Notes: a model not told the origin generated them from the letters alone. A stretch of 45,585 nt of DNA from a virus (IMGVR_UViG_3300019874_000008:1-45585), one strand, 5' to 3'; positions 28,296 to 36,998 are shown, counted from the stretch's first letter. A program made the numbers and translations.

Positions 28296-28589
28296 CTAGC
28301 ATGATTTATATGCTAGTATCAGTGTCCATACTCCTGCGACACCTCCGATTATTGTAAAAACAATACCCCAGACAGTTAATTTTGATTCTTTACGAGGCGT
28401 TTCATAAATACCAAATACTCTATACCCTCCATCATATATTTCAACGTTTTTTAGATTAATATAGCGTGTCACTATACTATTGAACTCGTTTATATTATTC
28501 ACCGTGTGAGATATATAAGGGCTTCCTAGCCCATCTTTTGACCTCGAATAGATGTTTAATTTTACTGGAAATTTCGGCTTGTAGCTCAT
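28296..28589 (-). CDS. Hypothetical protein with C-terminal TM helix
   Basis: VWGIVFTIIGGVAGVWTLILAY. Confidence 0.65.
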   Translation of the reverse strand: MSYKPKFPVKLNIYSRSKDGLGSPYISHTVNNINEFNSIVTRYINLKNVEIYDGGYRVFGIYETPRKESKLTVWGIVFTIIGGVAGVWTLILAYKSC

Positions 28590-28611
28590 GTTGGTTTCCC
28601 AATATACAACC

Positions 28612-28788
28612 CTATCTCAACACTTGCAAGCACAGGGCGCAGGTAGAAATGTATACAACGCACTGCGTGCCTTGTATAAGGCATAGTGATACATCCGTAT
28701 CACACAGGGCCTGGCAGATAAAATTAACCCCTCCGTAGATGAATATATCCCCAGTGTGCAACTGGCCTACCGTAGTGTGTTTTTCCAT
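28612..28788 (-). CDS. Small Cys-rich hypothetical protein (58 aa; not in ORF track)
   Basis: MEKHTTVGQLHTGDIFIYGG...CALCLQVLR, translated by hand. Confidence 0.5.
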   Translation of the reverse strand: MEKHTTVGQLHTGDIFIYGGVNFICQALCDTDVSLCLIQGTQCVVYISTCALCLQVLR

Positions 28789-28885
28789 GTTGTGAATATA
28801 GTGGGATTGATCCGCACAGCATTACGGGTTACCGTAGGTATTTCTACGTAGGCGAACGGCTACAAACATATCGTTAAATATCCTA

Positions 28886-28916
28886 TTGTGAGTATCACCC
28901 TTGTTACTTACCTTTG
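28886..28916 (+). promoter_or_regulatory. Bacteroidota-type promoter
   Basis: TTG-N20-TACCTTTG. Confidence 0.6.
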
Positions 28917-28935
28917 GAACGGTAACGTTATTACC

Positions 28936-29120
28936 AAGCACAAAAAACCGTCTACTTGTTTACAGGAGCGCCATAAAATAAAAACGGCGTCCTGCCCTAT
29001 TTCATTTTTTGGTGACTTTAGACGGTTTACCAGTGCGATGAGAAACAGGCGGGCGCCGTTTTGTTTTTCAAAGGTAAGGGCATATTGCCAAAATTATTAA
29101 AGCACAAAAAAACGTCTAAA
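28936..29120 (+). ncRNA. Structured leader or C4/CI-like antisense RNA with flanking target repeats
   Basis: Stem 28981-28996/29048-29062; inner hairpin carrying TAGACGGTTT, complementary to direct repeats at 28936-28954 and 29100-29118. Confidence 0.5.
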
Positions 29121-29300
29121 ATGAAATTGTTATCTATCCTGGGATTCGAGGATCCCGCTGTTGAATTTTTTGCCCTTCTCGCTATCGCCGTACTTCCCTG
29201 GGTGATCCTTTATTATGTCATCAAAGCTGCCGTAAAGAATGGCATCCTTGAATCCAAAGAAGACAAAGTAACCGTTAGCGATACTTCAACTCAAAAATAA
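29121..29300 (+). CDS. Small single-pass membrane protein
   Basis: FFALLAIAVLPWVILYYVI; 59 aa. Confidence 0.65.
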   Translation: MKLLSILGFEDPAVEFFALLAIAVLPWVILYYVIKAAVKNGILESKEDKVTVSDTSTQK

Positions 29301-29307
29301 TTTTTAC

Positions 29308-29505
29308 ATGAAAAAAATCCTTTTTGCAGCTATGCTGCTATCTGTGCTATCATGCACTAAAGACAAAAAGTGTTGGAACTGCACCTACGGTACAGTTAAT
29401 GGTTACCAACCTCCGCCACAAGAAGTTTGTACTGATGGAGATTACCCACCGCCATACACTGATGCCGCAGGGAACGATTATAATTCATTTTGCCATGAAA
29501 GATAA
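29308..29505 (+). CDS. Small lipoprotein
   Basis: MKKILFAAMLLSVLSC lipobox; four further Cys. Confidence 0.8.
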   Translation: MKKILFAAMLLSVLSCTKDKKCWNCTYGTVNGYQPPPQEVCTDGDYPPPYTDAAGNDYNSFCHER

Positions 29506-29541
29506 TTTTGTATTTTGGTTATTCAACCAAAATGAAAGAGC

Positions 29542-29697
29542 ATGTCAAAAGACCCGTGGGAAGAACTATCAAACATCTCTCAAAGCATAAAGGATAAATC
29601 TAGGCGAAAAGCTTTAATTGAGTGGTTAAGATGGGGTATTACAACTGCGATAGCAGTTGCGGCGCTTGTTCTTTCACTTTTTAAGTGCAAGAACTAA
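29542..29697 (+). CDS. Small membrane protein (51 aa; not in ORF track)
   Basis: MSKDPWEEL...WGITTAIAVAALVLSLF. Confidence 0.55.
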   Translation: MSKDPWEELSNISQSIKDKSRRKALIEWLRWGITTAIAVAALVLSLFKCKN

Positions 29698-29957
29698 AAG
29701 TGTTATGGAAACTATAAGTTTCCATATAAACTCACGTGTCTCTTTATCTGACATAATTTAATTTTTTATTCTCCCCTACCGTTCCGGTAGTTACTCATTT
29801 TATGTCGTTTTCCCCGCACCCAGGGTGACGGTAACGCTCCGGGCGGCACAAAAAACATTTAAAACCGCACAGGCCCACACACGCTCTGCAGGCCGCTCTG
29901 CCACGAGCCGGTTTGTGTAATGAAACTTACAAACCGGCGCCACCCACAGGCTAACCT

Positions 29958-29985
29958 AAGTAACATAATGCAGGTTATATGGGTT
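29958..29985 (-). other. dif-like XerC/XerD site (right; 6-bp spacer; inverted)
   Basis: Minus strand AACCCATATAA-CCTGCA-TTATGTTACTT; 29973-29992 is a perfect 20-bp inverted copy of 28103-28122. Confidence 0.65.
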
Positions 29986-30040
29986 TTTAAATTTTCTTTT
30001 GTTGCACCCCTGCGCATCCGCTACGGTGTGATTGTCGCCG

Positions 30041-30085
30041 ACGACACGATTTTTTACAAATTGCCACGGTAAAAAATCGTGTCGT
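30041..30085. repeat. Perfect 17-bp inverted repeat with 11-nt loop
   Basis: ACGACACGATTTTTTAC / GTAAAAAATCGTGTCGT. Confidence 0.9.
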
Positions 30086-30161
30086 ACAGCCCTCTGCTTC
30101 TTATAAAGGTAATAAAAAATATCACTTTTTTATTTTTCTTTTTATTATACCTTTACACAGT

Positions 30162-32138
30162 ATGGCATATGGCTTGCATTCAATAGGCACATTCACTACC
30201 AGGGAATCGGAACCCGGTGCACCGCAGTATACCGGTAAGGTAGAGATACTGAAAAAAGATTATGCTGATGCTACTTATAATCTATGGTTCGGCACCTCGC
30301 CCGTCCTCCACAAATGGCAGGAAGATAATACACATGCGCCGATCAAGGGCAGCAGCCTAACCATTAACCTGCTCAACATCAATGGCAACACGCCGGCTGA
30401 AAGGTATCTATCAATAAATGATGATGATTTTATGGTGCGTCTAACCGTAGACGGTACTATACGTTTTATTGGTTTCCTGGTGCAGGACGATTTTGCGGAA
30501 GATATGGTGGACTATAATCACGGGCTAACGTTGAGTGCGAATGATAACTTAGGCTTATTGAAAGCTGTGCCGTTATACGTAGATCCTGCATTGATGATCG
30601 ATACCCGCTGCACATTACTAAGGGTTGTACAGGCTTGCATAAATGCCGCAACACTGGGGCTGAACGTGAATATTGCGGACAATCTTTATGAGGTCAATCA
30701 CACCGAAATAGATACCCCGCTGACACAAACTATAATTGATATTGATACATGGCTCGGTACAGATAACATCTATACCAACTGCTGGGATGTACTAACGCAG
30801 GTACTTAACCGACGCAAGGCATCACTGATGCAGGTTAACGGTGAATGGTGGATTGTTAGGTGGGATGAGTTACGCTATGGTGATGTAAGGTACTTTGCAT
30901 ATTCAAGCGGTGGTAACCTTTTAGGTGATGGTCTGCTACCCGCTACGATCATTGGCGGCAACAGGGTTGAAGGTATTGCAAAAGATTTCTTTGCATTATC
31001 AGCGCCGGTAAAATCATTCCAGCGGGGGTATAAACTCGATAAAGAAACATTTAATTATAAAGAACCTAAATATTTACTTAAGAATTTTGACCTGCAGGAT
31101 CTTGGCGACCTTATTAGGGAGTACGACCTCGCAGGGCCGGTACGTCATGTGAAGGAATATGTTTTTACATCGTGGCTGGGTAACTACGGCGCAGGCGCAA
31201 TGGAGCGTTTTATAAGGGTTATCTATGACATCAATAATAAAGAAATAGATCGCTACGCCGTTGTTCGTGGCACACCATTCGATACCTATCGTGCGGTGCA
31301 GTCTATGCCTATCGAGGTGGCATCAGGTGATAAGGTAAAAGTGTCAATGTCGTACCGTACCAATGACAGTCAACCGGGTTCTGTAACAACGGTATTCGCT
31401 GTTCGATTAACCAATGGCGTAGTGGCGCAGGACAGGTACGTAGATGAATTACCACTCAATAATGGTAACTGGAAATTGGGTATAGGGTATAATTATCTTA
31501 TTCCGTCGGGCGACAACAGTAACCAGTGGCATAGTGTGGAGATACAGTCAGGTCAAACACCGTTCGCAGGGTTGGTGTATGTGTACCTGCCTTATGCCAA
31601 TGAAGATTATGGCACGGCGCACGAAACCCAAATAAAGGGTATCAGTTTCGAGTATCAACCTTTCATTAACGACAGTCAAAGAGTAATTGGCCATGTTCAC
31701 ACATCGGAGCAGCCGGAAGGGCCAAAGAATACAGGGGACGAAGAAATATTTAACGATGACAGCCCCCGCCCATCATTAGCAGGGGTGCTGTACCTGCCTA
31801 GCTACACCGGCAATATACAAAACCGTACTTCACTATGGTACAGGCGGGGCTTTACGGAGGCGTTACGGTTAGGGCAGATCACTACCTTTGAGCAACTATT
31901 CTGGCGCAGGGTTAGCCGAAAGAGGGTTGAAGGGGTGTTTAAATACCGTGTACCATTATCAATGATCACTGTTTTTAAATACGATGCTTTTTTAGATTTA
32001 AACTTTATCTTTGGATCACTGGAAATAGATTACGCAGATAGCAGTGCCAGGGTAACGGCTTATGAGCAATACAAGGATGGCGATGTTGATAGCGATCTTA
32101 TTTCAGATTATACTTTTAAATACATTTACGAAAAATAA
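30162..32138 (+). CDS. Minor tail/tail-tip structural protein
   Basis: Large ORF downstream of tape measure; FIGFL...ANDNLGLLK. Confidence 0.7.
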   Translation: MAYGLHSIGTFTTRESEPGAPQYTGKVEILKKDYADATYNLWFGTSPVLHKWQEDNTHAPIKGSSLTINLLNINGNTPAERYLSINDDDFMVRLTVDGTIRFIGFLVQDDFAEDMVDYNHGLTLSANDNLGLLKAVPLYVDPALMIDTRCTLLRVVQACINAATLGLNVNIADNLYEVNHTEIDTPLTQTIIDIDTWLGTDNIYTNCWDVLTQVLNRRKASLMQVNGEWWIVRWDELRYGDVRYFAYSSGGNLLGDGLLPATIIGGNRVEGIAKDFFALSAPVKSFQRGYKLDKETFNYKEPKYLLKNFDLQDLGDLIREYDLAGPVRHVKEYVFTSWLGNYGAGAMERFIRVIYDINNKEIDRYAVVRGTPFDTYRAVQSMPIEVASGDKVKVSMSYRTNDSQPGSVTTVFAVRLTNGVVAQDRYVDELPLNNGNWKLGIGYNYLIPSGDNSNQWHSVEIQSGQTPFAGLVYVYLPYANEDYGTAHETQIKGISFEYQPFINDSQRVIGHVHTSEQPEGPKNTGDEEIFNDDSPRPSLAGVLYLPSYTGNIQNRTSLWYRRGFTEALRLGQITTFEQLFWRRVSRKRVEGVFKYRVPLSMITVFKYDAFLDLNFIFGSLEIDYADSSARVTAYEQYKDGDVDSDLISDYTFKYIYEK

Positions 32139-32140
32139 AA

Positions 32141-32836
32141 ATGGCTATTGTAAACGGTAAAGATGCATTGATTGAAGCCTATGACGGCGGAGAATGGAAG
32201 CTGTTTGCCTGTGTGCGTAGCTGGTCAAGCAGCATATCAAGTGAAATGCTTGAAACCACCACCACAGGGGACGGCAGGTTTGCCCGTTTTGTTCCTGGCA
32301 AGATCGGTTTTACCGTAACACTTGAGGGGTTGATAAATCTTGATACTGATGCGGGGTTGTCATTACCATACCTCGATAGCTGCATATTGAATGGGGTGTT
32401 ATTGCGGTTGAGGGATAGAAAAGAAGATCTTGCAGGCAACACCTACGCAAAGGAATTTCAAATGTATTTAACCGATGTTACTGATACTAATTCTTTCGAT
32501 AATGTTAGTACCTTTAATGCGGATGCACAAGGTACAGGCGTAATAACACAAACTATTTTACCACCAACACCAACAGACGGACTCGTGAAAAGATACCCAT
32601 TAGTAGGCGATATAGGCCCGGTTGAATCGGGTTATACAGTAACCGTTCCTGGACTTGGGAATAAGGATATTTTAGAAGTGGTTAAAGACGGGCGTGGTAA
32701 CGCTGATATAATTACATCGGGTTCGCCCGTTGAGAACCAGGTGTTATATGAAACAAGTGGTACAGATGGGGTATTTACATGGGCGATACCTTTTGAGGAT
32801 AACGAAAGATGGTATGTAACTTATCAAGATATATAA
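32141..32836 (+). CDS. Tail-tube-like structural protein (second paralogue)
   Basis: VNGKD...FAC...LETTT...VTLEGL...TFNADAQGTG. Confidence 0.6.
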   Translation: MAIVNGKDALIEAYDGGEWKLFACVRSWSSSISSEMLETTTTGDGRFARFVPGKIGFTVTLEGLINLDTDAGLSLPYLDSCILNGVLLRLRDRKEDLAGNTYAKEFQMYLTDVTDTNSFDNVSTFNADAQGTGVITQTILPPTPTDGLVKRYPLVGDIGPVESGYTVTVPGLGNKDILEVVKDGRGNADIITSGSPVENQVLYETSGTDGVFTWAIPFEDNERWYVTYQDI

Positions 32837-32839
32837 ATT

Positions 32840-34543
32840 ATGAAAAAAATAATAATCACCCTCTCTCTTTTATGGTCTATCGCCTACGCACAGTGCGACA
32901 GCATCAGCGTAAAGTCTACAACGAATATTACCGCTACCAGCGCACAGCTTAACTGGACAGCGCCCGCAGGCGCTACATCGTATCACTATGCGGTGTATAA
33001 TTTCAATACCAATGCGCTGGTAACGTCAGGCGTTACTACCGCCACCTTTAAAGTGATCACTGGGCTAACGCAGGGTCTGAAATACAAAGCGTTCGTTTAT
33101 GTATTTTGTGCCGTTGGCCCACCTAGCGGAACGGTAGATATATTCGTACCTACCCATGTATGGACTACGGTGTCTGACGTTACTGTATACACGCCGCAGA
33201 AGTCCACGCAGTTTACGTATCTTAAAGCGGATAGCGGGGTACTTATTAATACAAACGATACGCTGTTACGCAGGCAGCCCAACGTTGGCGGATTGCTGGC
33301 TTATAAAGCATCCGATAGCTCATTCTATGGATATAACGGGGTTAAATGGAATCTTCTTGCAGCGGGCAGTCCCGACGTGAGCAATAAGGTTGATAGCGTG
33401 ACGATATCAGGTAGCATACTGTACTATTGGGTGAACGGGGTGAGCCACGGTATGACGATACCGAGTGCTATAAACCTTGCTAATAGTGATCTTGTGCAGA
33501 CGGATCCATACAGAAGCTACGATGGTAACGGCGGTGAACTTTCCTTTAATAATCTTCTGGCAGGAGGCTTCAGTACCAACGATGGTACTCATTATGGTAG
33601 CATTAGTTCGGGTGCCGGCAACGCTGTACTTCAGGCTTACAATAATGTTGATAAATCATCTACACTCGGCGTAACGCAAGACTCGATATACCTGCAGCCT
33701 GCTTTTGGGGTGTTGGGTGTAGACTCGTTAGCCCTTGCGCCCAATATGACCAACAGGGATGTGATGGTTTGGAACAAAGCGACGGGTAGGATCACGCATA
33801 TATCAAAAGATAGCATAGGGGGATTACCGGCATCATCTGTTAATATCTACAACAGTAACGGCGCTTTAACAGCCAACAGGGTATTAGATGGCAACGGTCA
33901 TGATATACGTTTTGATATTGGCGGTTCAGCTTTCGGAATGGGGAATAATAACAGCAATGCTTTAATAACAGGAACAAACGATGATATGGGCTGGTCTGTG
34001 GATGGAACAGATCAGGATTTTGTAACAATTTCTCTTTTTGGTAACAGGATAATTATTGACGGTAAAGACTCAACAATTTTAAGCGGTAACGGTTTTGGAA
34101 ACCTTTCAAGCCAAAGCAGGTTAGTAGGCCAATCGCCCTCCGGCAGAATAGGCTATACAACTATTGGTAGCGGCTTATCGCTTTCATCGGGTGTGTTATC
34201 AGCAACACCGACTTATAAAGTATATACAGCAACTATCACACAAACCGGCACTTCTGCACCTGTAGCAACAGTATTGGAAAATACACTTGGTGGTACTGTT
34301 GTGTGGAGTAGGGTAGGTTCTAATAATTACGTAGCTACCCTGTCCGGTGCTTTTACAACAGGAAAGACGTTTACGGCAATTACACCTTTCATGAATTACA
34401 TTGACGGATTTTTTGTAATCCCGACACTCACACTTGTAGGTGCAAATAGTATTCAATTAAAAGGTGTAACTACAGATGGTTCTGATATGGTTGACGGTAC
34501 AATGGATGTACCTGTATCATTAGAAATAAGAGTTTACTACTAA
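32840..34543 (+). CDS. FN3-domain, beta-rich tail fibre or adhesin-like protein with apparent signal peptide
   Basis: MKKIIITLSLLWSIAYAQ; TNITATSAQLNWTAP...ITGLTQGLKY; Gly/Ser/Thr/Asn-rich. Confidence 0.6.
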   Translation: MKKIIITLSLLWSIAYAQCDSISVKSTTNITATSAQLNWTAPAGATSYHYAVYNFNTNALVTSGVTTATFKVITGLTQGLKYKAFVYVFCAVGPPSGTVDIFVPTHVWTTVSDVTVYTPQKSTQFTYLKADSGVLINTNDTLLRRQPNVGGLLAYKASDSSFYGYNGVKWNLLAAGSPDVSNKVDSVTISGSILYYWVNGVSHGMTIPSAINLANSDLVQTDPYRSYDGNGGELSFNNLLAGGFSTNDGTHYGSISSGAGNAVLQAYNNVDKSSTLGVTQDSIYLQPAFGVLGVDSLALAPNMTNRDVMVWNKATGRITHISKDSIGGLPASSVNIYNSNGALTANRVLDGNGHDIRFDIGGSAFGMGNNNSNALITGTNDDMGWSVDGTDQDFVTISLFGNRIIIDGKDSTILSGNGFGNLSSQSRLVGQSPSGRIGYTTIGSGLSLSSGVLSATPTYKVYTATITQTGTSAPVATVLENTLGGTVVWSRVGSNNYVATLSGAFTTGKTFTAITPFMNYIDGFFVIPTLTLVGANSIQLKGVTTDGSDMVDGTMDVPVSLEIRVYY

Positions 34544-34770
34544 AAACAAAAGAAACTTATACAGCAGGCAAATTAAAAAAGCCTCACTTGAATACATCAT
34601 TTACAGGGTATGGGATATTATTATTTATTTTTGGAATTATAAAGCGGTTTACTACGAGGGGACATTATTTATTGTGCTGACTGTTACACTGATCATGTTC
34701 TATTGGGCCAAACCGTTTTGGTATATTATTTGGCGTAGCATAAACTATGCAGCAAACAAAAAAATTAACA

Positions 34771-35001
34771 ATGGGTGAACATAACCACGGTGGGATGCCT
34801 ACTTTTATATCAATAATCTTCGGTTCCCTGTCGATAATAACGTTAAAAGATGTGCAGACATGGTTCAGCATAGGCGCTGGCGGGATAGCAATCGTAGCAG
34901 GTTGTTACGCCATATATTCGCACCGCCTGAATATTAAGGCTAAAAAATCCGAGATAGAAGAGTTTAAAAGAAGATGGAATGAAATAAATAATAAAAACTA
35001 A
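34771..35001 (+). CDS. Holin-like membrane protein
   Basis: Two hydrophobic segments, basic C-terminus, follows tail genes. Confidence 0.5.
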   Translation: MGEHNHGGMPTFISIIFGSLSIITLKDVQTWFSIGAGGIAIVAGCYAIYSHRLNIKAKKSEIEEFKRRWNEINNKN

Positions 35002-35007
35002 CTGATA

Positions 35008-35430
35008 ATGCTTAAAGACGAGAACGGCAAACCGATATTTAGCTTTACAAACCTGTTGGCAATGGTAACAATACTTTGCTGTATGGTATTTTTATTTGTT
35101 GCAGCCTTTGTGCTTTCAAAATCGGAAGTTAAAGATAATACCATGCTAAGTCAAATTACAACCGGTATCTTATCGGTTGTGGTATTGATACTAGCCTACT
35201 ACTTTGGTAATAGCAGCAGCAGTGCCAAACAAGCCCAACAGATCACCGAAATGCAGGCGGCGGCTATTGGTGTAGCTAACGGGAATAACAGCCCTGCAAC
35301 GGCTAATAACAACACAGATAAAGCCATCAAAATAGGGGAGCTAAAGAAAACACTCGAAGGACTTGAGCCTGATAGTGATGATGCGAAAAGATTATTGGCA
35401 GAATTGACGGAACTTGAAAAGCAATCGTAA
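35008..35430 (+). CDS. Holin-like two-TM protein
   Basis: Two TM helices followed by YYFGNSSSS. Confidence 0.6.
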   Translation: MLKDENGKPIFSFTNLLAMVTILCCMVFLFVAAFVLSKSEVKDNTMLSQITTGILSVVVLILAYYFGNSSSSAKQAQQITEMQAAAIGVANGNNSPATANNNTDKAIKIGELKKTLEGLEPDSDDAKRLLAELTELEKQS

Positions 35431-35498
35431 TAACCACACCTACCTCTTTATACCATCCACTTTTCGGGGCTTTTTTTTGCACCGTCTACAAAAAAATA

Positions 35499-35530
35499 TT
35501 TGTATATATTGTATATATTATATAGCTTTG
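35499..35530 (+). promoter_or_regulatory. Consensus Bacteroidota promoter with TGTATATAT repeats in the spacer
   Basis: TTTG-N20-TAGCTTTG; ATG follows 5 nt later. Confidence 0.75.
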
Positions 35531-35535
35531 TATCT

Positions 35536-35721
35536 ATGAAAGATAAAACCCAACAGGATAAAATTATAACATTGCCTCGAACCACCTTAAATGGCCTTGC
35601 AGTACAAGCAGCCAAGAAGGGTGTAAGCACTAAATTATTTATTGAGGTAGAGCTTATAAAACTTGAAGCAGCGCTTAGTAAATTAGCAGATAAAATATTA
35701 AATACAAAACCGGTCAAATGA
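35536..35721 (+). CDS. Ribbon-helix-helix-like regulator
   Basis: KIITLPRTTLNGLAVQAAKKGVSTKLFIE. Confidence 0.6.
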   Translation: MKDKTQQDKIITLPRTTLNGLAVQAAKKGVSTKLFIEVELIKLEAALSKLADKILNTKPVK

Positions 35722-35912
35722 AAACCCAGATCATAATAGCCATCCTCCTTTTCGCAACCCTGCTCTACACCATTAGAGAAAGAGTACCTTATACATTAAG
35801 GCATGTAGATAGCGGGATTGTTGTTGAAATGGATTTGCCAAAGAATACAGGCAATGTTAAAGATACTGTTTCATGGTATCAGGAAAGGTATGTTGTAATT
35901 TTTAAAAATTAA
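35718..35912 (+). CDS. Hypothetical membrane-anchored protein
   Basis: ATGA coupling; N-terminal hydrophobic stretch. Confidence 0.6.
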   Translation: MKTQIIIAILLFATLLYTIRERVPYTLRHVDSGIVVEMDLPKNTGNVKDTVSWYQERYVVIFKN

Positions 35913-35915
35913 ATT

Positions 35916-36329
35916 ATGGGTAATAAAGATATAATAGAGTGTAATAAACTGATAGCAGAGTTTATGGGCAGAGATTTTAATGACCCTATAAATTCAGTTT
36001 GGTATTTCGATGAAGACAAAAACAAACACTTGGAACGGCAGGAGACAGTTGATGATTTACAATACCACAACTCTTGGGATTGGTTAATGCCTGTTTATAA
36101 AAGGTGTATCGATACGATTGGAATATGGTGTGTAACGCACAATGATAATAATAATGCCAGGGTATGGTATCAATCAGGAGAACGAATTGGCCGGGCCTTA
36201 TCAAGTGTAGATATTCAAAAAGCTCACTCGGAAATAAGCAACCTTATTGAATGGTACAATAATATTAAAATAAAGTTTTTACTTTTACAGTCTAAGCCGG
36301 TGAACGGCACACAAAATTATAGTTTATAA
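35916..36329 (+). CDS. Hypothetical phage protein
   Basis: NKLIAEFMG...YHNSWDWLMPV. Confidence 0.75.
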   Translation: MGNKDIIECNKLIAEFMGRDFNDPINSVWYFDEDKNKHLERQETVDDLQYHNSWDWLMPVYKRCIDTIGIWCVTHNDNNNARVWYQSGERIGRALSSVDIQKAHSEISNLIEWYNNIKIKFLLLQSKPVNGTQNYSL

Positions 36330-36339
36330 ACATTTATTG

Positions 36340-36422
36340 AAAGCCGTACAATTAGTACGGCTTTCTTGCTTTAAATACTACTCTACCTCTTTATACCTGC
36401 CTCCTTTAACGGGAGGTTTTTT
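36340..36422 (+). terminator. Two tandem terminator-like hairpins
   Basis: AAAGCCGTAC/GTACGGCTTT and CCTCCT/GGGAGG-T6. Confidence 0.7.
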
Positions 36423-36533
36423 GTGCAGTAAATTCCACACCTTAAAAATCGAGTACTTTTACTCTATGCGGAACCAATAAGGCATATTATCTTTGTGTAA
36501 CAAATCGCAGGTAGCGGTTTAAAACTTAGCAAA

Positions 36534-36701
36534 ATGACAACTACAAAAACATTCACAATCGGAAACGTCGAAACAAATTGTAACTGGGTAATAAAAAATC
36601 TTGATGATAGAGATTACCAAGTAACTGATGCAGGTATTGTAATTACCTACTTTAGCGAAGATCAAAAAAAAGATATATTAGAGGCAATTGAAAACGCATA
36701 A
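36534..36701 (+). CDS. Hypothetical protein (55 aa; not in ORF track)
   Basis: MTTTKTFTIGNVE...; TATCTTTG at 36488 upstream. Confidence 0.65.
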   Translation: MTTTKTFTIGNVETNCNWVIKNLDDRDYQVTDAGIVITYFSEDQKKDILEAIENA

Positions 36702-36809
36702 CCTTCTTGCTTTTCTGCTAAGTTTAGCAGGAACCGCCCCCTTTGGTTCGCATTAGCGGCAGGAGGCTTTTTAATTTAAGGTAAACCGTAATCTTTTAAA
36801 TTAGCAAAA

Positions 36810-36980
36810 ATGACAACACTCAAAAAATTGCAGCAAGTTCTATATAAGATGGATTATTATAATTTATCTCATGGCTTTGTAGACGACAATTTAGTTTTCT
36901 TTGAAAGCCGTCCAGTCCATTGTGAGAAACCATTAGTAGTGAATAGAGCGTACATATTGTACATGATCGAAAAATCGTAA
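36810..36980 (+). CDS. Hypothetical protein (56 aa; not in ORF track)
   Basis: MTTLKKLQQVLY...; start context shared with 36534. Confidence 0.55.
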   Translation: MTTLKKLQQVLYKMDYYNLSHGFVDDNLVFFESRPVHCEKPLVVNRAYILYMIEKS

Positions 36981-36998
36981 CCAAAAATTAAATATAAA

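Noticed and set aside
30162-34543. Diversity-generating retroelement or invertase-shuffled tail fibre
   Set aside because: No reverse transcriptase, invertase or TR/VR repeat pair seen
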